From: Candidatus Altimarinota bacterium
GTDB taxonomy: Bacteria; Patescibacteriota; Gracilibacteria; UBA1369
Direction: 5' to 3'
Assembly: GCA_041659405.1 (NCBI GenBank)
Contig: JBAZYK010000002.1
Span: 90,001-122,000, forward strand
Length of the DNA stretch: 32,000 nt
Below, piece after piece: positions 28,817-32,000 of the stretch. The first letter of the stretch is position 1, and every line of letters begins with the position of its first letter. The notes under the pieces are model-generated. The model had not been told where the DNA came from. It did not search any database and was given only the letters and a program-made list of their open reading frames with translations. The translations under genes were made by a program, and so were the position numbers.

Positions 28817-30598
28817 TTGAATCAACCAATGAAAAAAAGCCCATTCAGCACACCAAAAAGCGTGATTTTACTGTTGTTATTAGGGATTTTCCCAAACATC
28901 TCTTTGGCGTTTTTCAGTGATGTTCCTGCGACACATCCACAATATAATGCTATTAAAGCCCTGGCCGATGAAAAGCTCATTAAAGGTTATCCTGACGGCA
29001 CGTTTAAACCGGAAAACTTCATCAACAAAAGTGAATTCCTCAAGGTCGCCTTTTCCGATTTAGGATTCATTCCAAATGAAAAGACCTATCAAACCGACTT
29101 TAAAGATGTTCCACTGGAAAGCTGGTTTGCACCATATGTACAAAAAGCCCTGGAAATAGGCGTAATTCGCTATACCAAAGCCGATCCAAATTTTCACCCG
29201 GGCAGCTTTTTAAATAAAATCGAGGGAGTAAAAATAGCTTTTGGAATTGGAGGAATTGCCACACCGTACTATACCGATATCAATCCGGAAGACCTTTTTC
29301 AGGATGTTGATAACCATGCCTGGTTTGCGTATTTAGTAAAAGCCGCAAAGGAAAATGGCATTATTTCGTCCAAAAATCGTGATTACTTTTTGCCTTTCAA
29401 ATCATTAACCAGAGGTGATGCGGCGGAAATCATCTATCAAGCACAACTGGCCAGGGACAACGACGGCAATGGCGGAACTCTAACAATCACACTACAACCT
29501 TCAGCTTTAGAAGGATTGGACTCAGTAACATCAAGCCTGCTAAATAATCCAAAATTTGCCATTTTATTGGATATTTGGAAGAAGGCCAACACCAATTTTT
29601 ATTACAAAAACAACGTAAATCAGGATGATATGATTTATGGAGCAATTGAGGGCCTTGTCGACAAACTTGATGACAAATTCACCACGTTTCAGGAACCATT
29701 AAAAGCCCAAGAATTAAGCAATTTCCTGCAAGGAGAATTTGAAGGAATTGGAACATCTCTGGATGTTGTTGATAATAAAATTGTAATTTTAACCCCTTTT
29801 GTAGGATCTCCTGCAGAAAAAGCCGGCCTTAAATCCGGCGACGTAATTCTAAAAATCAACAATCAGGCAATCGACAAACTAACTCTGGAAAACGTTTTAA
29901 GCCTAATCAAAGGGCCAACCGGCACAAATGTTCATTTAACCGTTTCCAGAAACGGGCAGACTTTTGATTTTGATATTGTCCGTGCCAAAATAACCGTGTC
30001 TTCAGTTTCGAGTAAAATGATCAACAATGTAGCCTACATTAAAATACAACAGTTTTTAAATTTAACTCCTCAGGAATTTACAAATGCCACGACTGCACTC
30101 CTGAAAAACTCTCCAAAAGGGTTTATCATAGACCTTAGAGGAAATCCGGGCGGATATCTTGATGCCGCAATTGACATTGCAGGACACTTCATCGGCCAAG
30201 GGAAAGTGGTTAGTTTTACCAAAACGGCCCAAGGAACCAAAACTCCGTTTAATTCTTCAGGCAAAGCTGAACTTGGACAATATCCAATCGTTGTTTTAAT
30301 GAACCAAGGGACAGCCTCCGCTGCCGAAATTTTAGCAGGCGCACTCCAAGATGATAAAATAGCAACTCTTGTTGGAACCAAAAGCTACGGCAAAGGAAGC
30401 GTTCAGGAAATTTTTAGCTATAATGACAATTCCACTTTAAAAATAAGTATCGCTCACTGGTTAACACCATTAGAAAGAGACATCCACGGAATTGGTCTTA
30501 TACCCGACATTGCAGTTAATGATATAACTCAAACCGCTGCACAACAAAATCAAGATCCGCAATTGGATCGTGCCGTCGCTGAAATTCAAAATCGCTAG
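28817..30598 (+). CDS. SLH-domain-containing S41 family C-terminal processing peptidase
   Basis: Signal peptide, three SLH-like repeats (FSDVPATHPQYNAIKAL..., FKDVPLESWFAPYV..., FQDVDNHAWFAYLV...), PDZ region, GFIIDLRGNPGG, catalytic NQGTASAAEI and YGKGSVQ. Confidence 0.93.
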   Translation: MNQPMKKSPFSTPKSVILLLLLGIFPNISLAFFSDVPATHPQYNAIKALADEKLIKGYPDGTFKPENFINKSEFLKVAFSDLGFIPNEKTYQTDFKDVPLESWFAPYVQKALEIGVIRYTKADPNFHPGSFLNKIEGVKIAFGIGGIATPYYTDINPEDLFQDVDNHAWFAYLVKAAKENGIISSKNRDYFLPFKSLTRGDAAEIIYQAQLARDNDGNGGTLTITLQPSALEGLDSVTSSLLNNPKFAILLDIWKKANTNFYYKNNVNQDDMIYGAIEGLVDKLDDKFTTFQEPLKAQELSNFLQGEFEGIGTSLDVVDNKIVILTPFVGSPAEKAGLKSGDVILKINNQAIDKLTLENVLSLIKGPTGTNVHLTVSRNGQTFDFDIVRAKITVSSVSSKMINNVAYIKIQQFLNLTPQEFTNATTALLKNSPKGFIIDLRGNPGGYLDAAIDIAGHFIGQGKVVSFTKTAQGTKTPFNSSGKAELGQYPIVVLMNQGTASAAEILAGALQDDKIATLVGTKSYGKGSVQEIFSYNDNSTLKISIAHWLTPLERDIHGIGLIPDIAVNDITQTAAQQNQDPQLDRAVAEIQNR

Positions 30599-30604
30599 GC
30601 TGGA

Positions 30605-32000
30605 TTAGACTCCCGTGTTTTGCTGTTTCAAAATTTCTTCCGGATTTGTAGTGACGATTTTGTCCTCGGTATAAGAGGCAATAATCTGGATAGCCACATG
30701 GCGTAAACCGGCAAAGAAAAGCCCTTGCCCGACACCACTATTTAGCAACATATATTTTTCTCCTTCGGTAAGATTGAAAACTTTAGCCAAGACTTCAATT
30801 GCAGAAGGAGCCTGTTTCAACAAAAGTTGCAAAGATGAGTTCGTAATAACCGGCTTACCATAAGGACTCTTCACAAAGTCTTCCACATCCTGGGTAATCG
30901 TTGTAATTCCAAGATAATATTTACGGGCACGTTTTACCAAACCATACAAGAATTTTCCGGAATCTTCATACTGCATTAAGGTCCAGGCCTCATCAATAAC
31001 CAGCAAACGCTTTTTCAGTTCACTGCGAACACGATTCCAAATAAAATTCAAAATAATATACATCGCGATCGGCCTTAAACTGTCTTCCAAATCACGAATA
31101 CTAAAGACCATCAAACCACTGTTCATATCAATGTTTGTCGGCTTATTAAAAATACCCGCATAAGTTCCCTGAGTAAATTTTTGCAAACGTTGAGCCAAAC
31201 TTTGGCCGCCCTCCATCGTATTCAAAATATCATAAAGATCTTCCATGGTTGGAGGAACCAATGTTGATGGATCCAAGATATCCATCGTAATCCCTTTCAC
31301 CGCATAAACATCATTTAAAGCTTTATCCAAAATACCTTCCTCTGAAGGAGTTACGCCACCAAGCATAATCTTTAAAAGACCATGCAGATTAATAATATTG
31401 GAACGCAACAAATCACCGGGCTGCAATTCTTCATCTCTAAGCGCAGCCGGCAAATCAAAAGGATTAATACGACGATCAGAAGTCAAAGAAACGCGTAAAT
31501 AAGAACCACCAACTGTCTGGGCCAAAGCTTCATATTCATTTTCCGGGTCGATAATAATAACATCGGTACCAACCATCAATGAACGCAAAACTTCCAATTT
31601 TACAGCATAAGATTTTCCCGCACCTGACTTGGCAAAAACCACCGAATTCGCGTTTTCCAAAGAGAATCGGTCAAAAATAATTAAACTGTCATTATGACGA
31701 TTTAGTCCATACAAAATTCCATCATTGGAAGTAAGATCCGCAGAACTAAAAGGAAAAGTCGAAGACAAAGGAGATGTATTCATATTGCGGGAAACCTCCA
31801 ATTCATCCAGACACATTGGCAAACAAGAATTAAAACCATGCTCGGTTTGAAGCTCGGCCTTTTTAGTTAAAATAAGTTTTCCTCCCAGCATACTTTCCAG
31901 CTGCTTGGAAACCTTCATCAGTTTTTTATCATCATCGGAATAAATCGTAAAATAAAGCGCAAACTGGAAAAACTTTTCCTGACCACGCTGAATTTGAGTT
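30605..32000 (-). CDS. VirB4/TraC-like type IV secretion or conjugation ATPase, C-terminal part (runs off right edge)
   Basis: Walker A FAKSGAGKSYAVKLEVLRS, Walker B KKRLLVIDEAWTLMQ, ITQDVEDF. The reading frame is open through 32000 (TQIQRGQEKFFQFALYFTIYSDDDKKL upstream of the M given by the ORF track). Confidence 0.88.
   Translation of the reverse strand, partial: TQIQRGQEKFFQFALYFTIYSDDDKKLMKVSKQLESMLGGKLILTKKAELQTEHGFNSCLPMCLDELEVSRNMNTSPLSSTFPFSSADLTSNDGILYGLNRHNDSLIIFDRFSLENANSVVFAKSGAGKSYAVKLEVLRSLMVGTDVIIIDPENEYEALAQTVGGSYLRVSLTSDRRINPFDLPAALRDEELQPGDLLRSNIINLHGLLKIMLGGVTPSEEGILDKALNDVYAVKGITMDILDPSTLVPPTMEDLYDILNTMEGGQSLAQRLQKFTQGTYAGIFNKPTNIDMNSGLMVFSIRDLEDSLRPIAMYIILNFIWNRVRSELKKRLLVIDEAWTLMQYEDSGKFLYGLVKRARKYYLGITTITQDVEDFVKSPYGKPVITNSSLQLLLKQAPSAIEVLAKVFNLTEGEKYMLLNSGVGQGLFFAGLRHVAIQIIASYTEDKIVTTNPEEILKQQNTGV

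Overview
This is a compact, AT-rich bacterial chromosomal window. The gene style suggests a Candidate Phyla Radiation/Patescibacteria (Peregrinibacteria-like) organism, but that is inference. It uses the standard code: TGA ends several genes. On the minus strand it holds the 5' end of a 16S rRNA (1..~595) with a boxA-like leader. Next come clpP, a tandem pair of RimK-type ATP-grasp ligases divergent from a P-loop NTPase, a lipoprotein, tRNA-Leu(UAA), and a class I SAM methyltransferase. These are followed by a divergent lysine-2,3-aminomutase-like radical SAM enzyme, a histidine-rich small protein, mutM, tRNA-Lys(CUU), a GT4 glycosyltransferase, radA, tatD and nadB. A long minus-strand block carries all seven shikimate-pathway enzymes, chorismate mutase, a prephenate-dehydratase-like protein, rpsU, prmC and prfA. 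The window ends with gyrB, a FecR-like membrane protein, an SLH-S41 protease and a VirB4-like ATPase running off the right edge. No CRISPR array, phage or obvious transposon was seen. The best candidates for new biology are the paired RimK-like ligases with the divergent P-loop protein, the KamA-like enzyme whose canonical substrate-contact residues are replaced, a structured intergenic element at 5741-5870, and two predicted leaderless genes.
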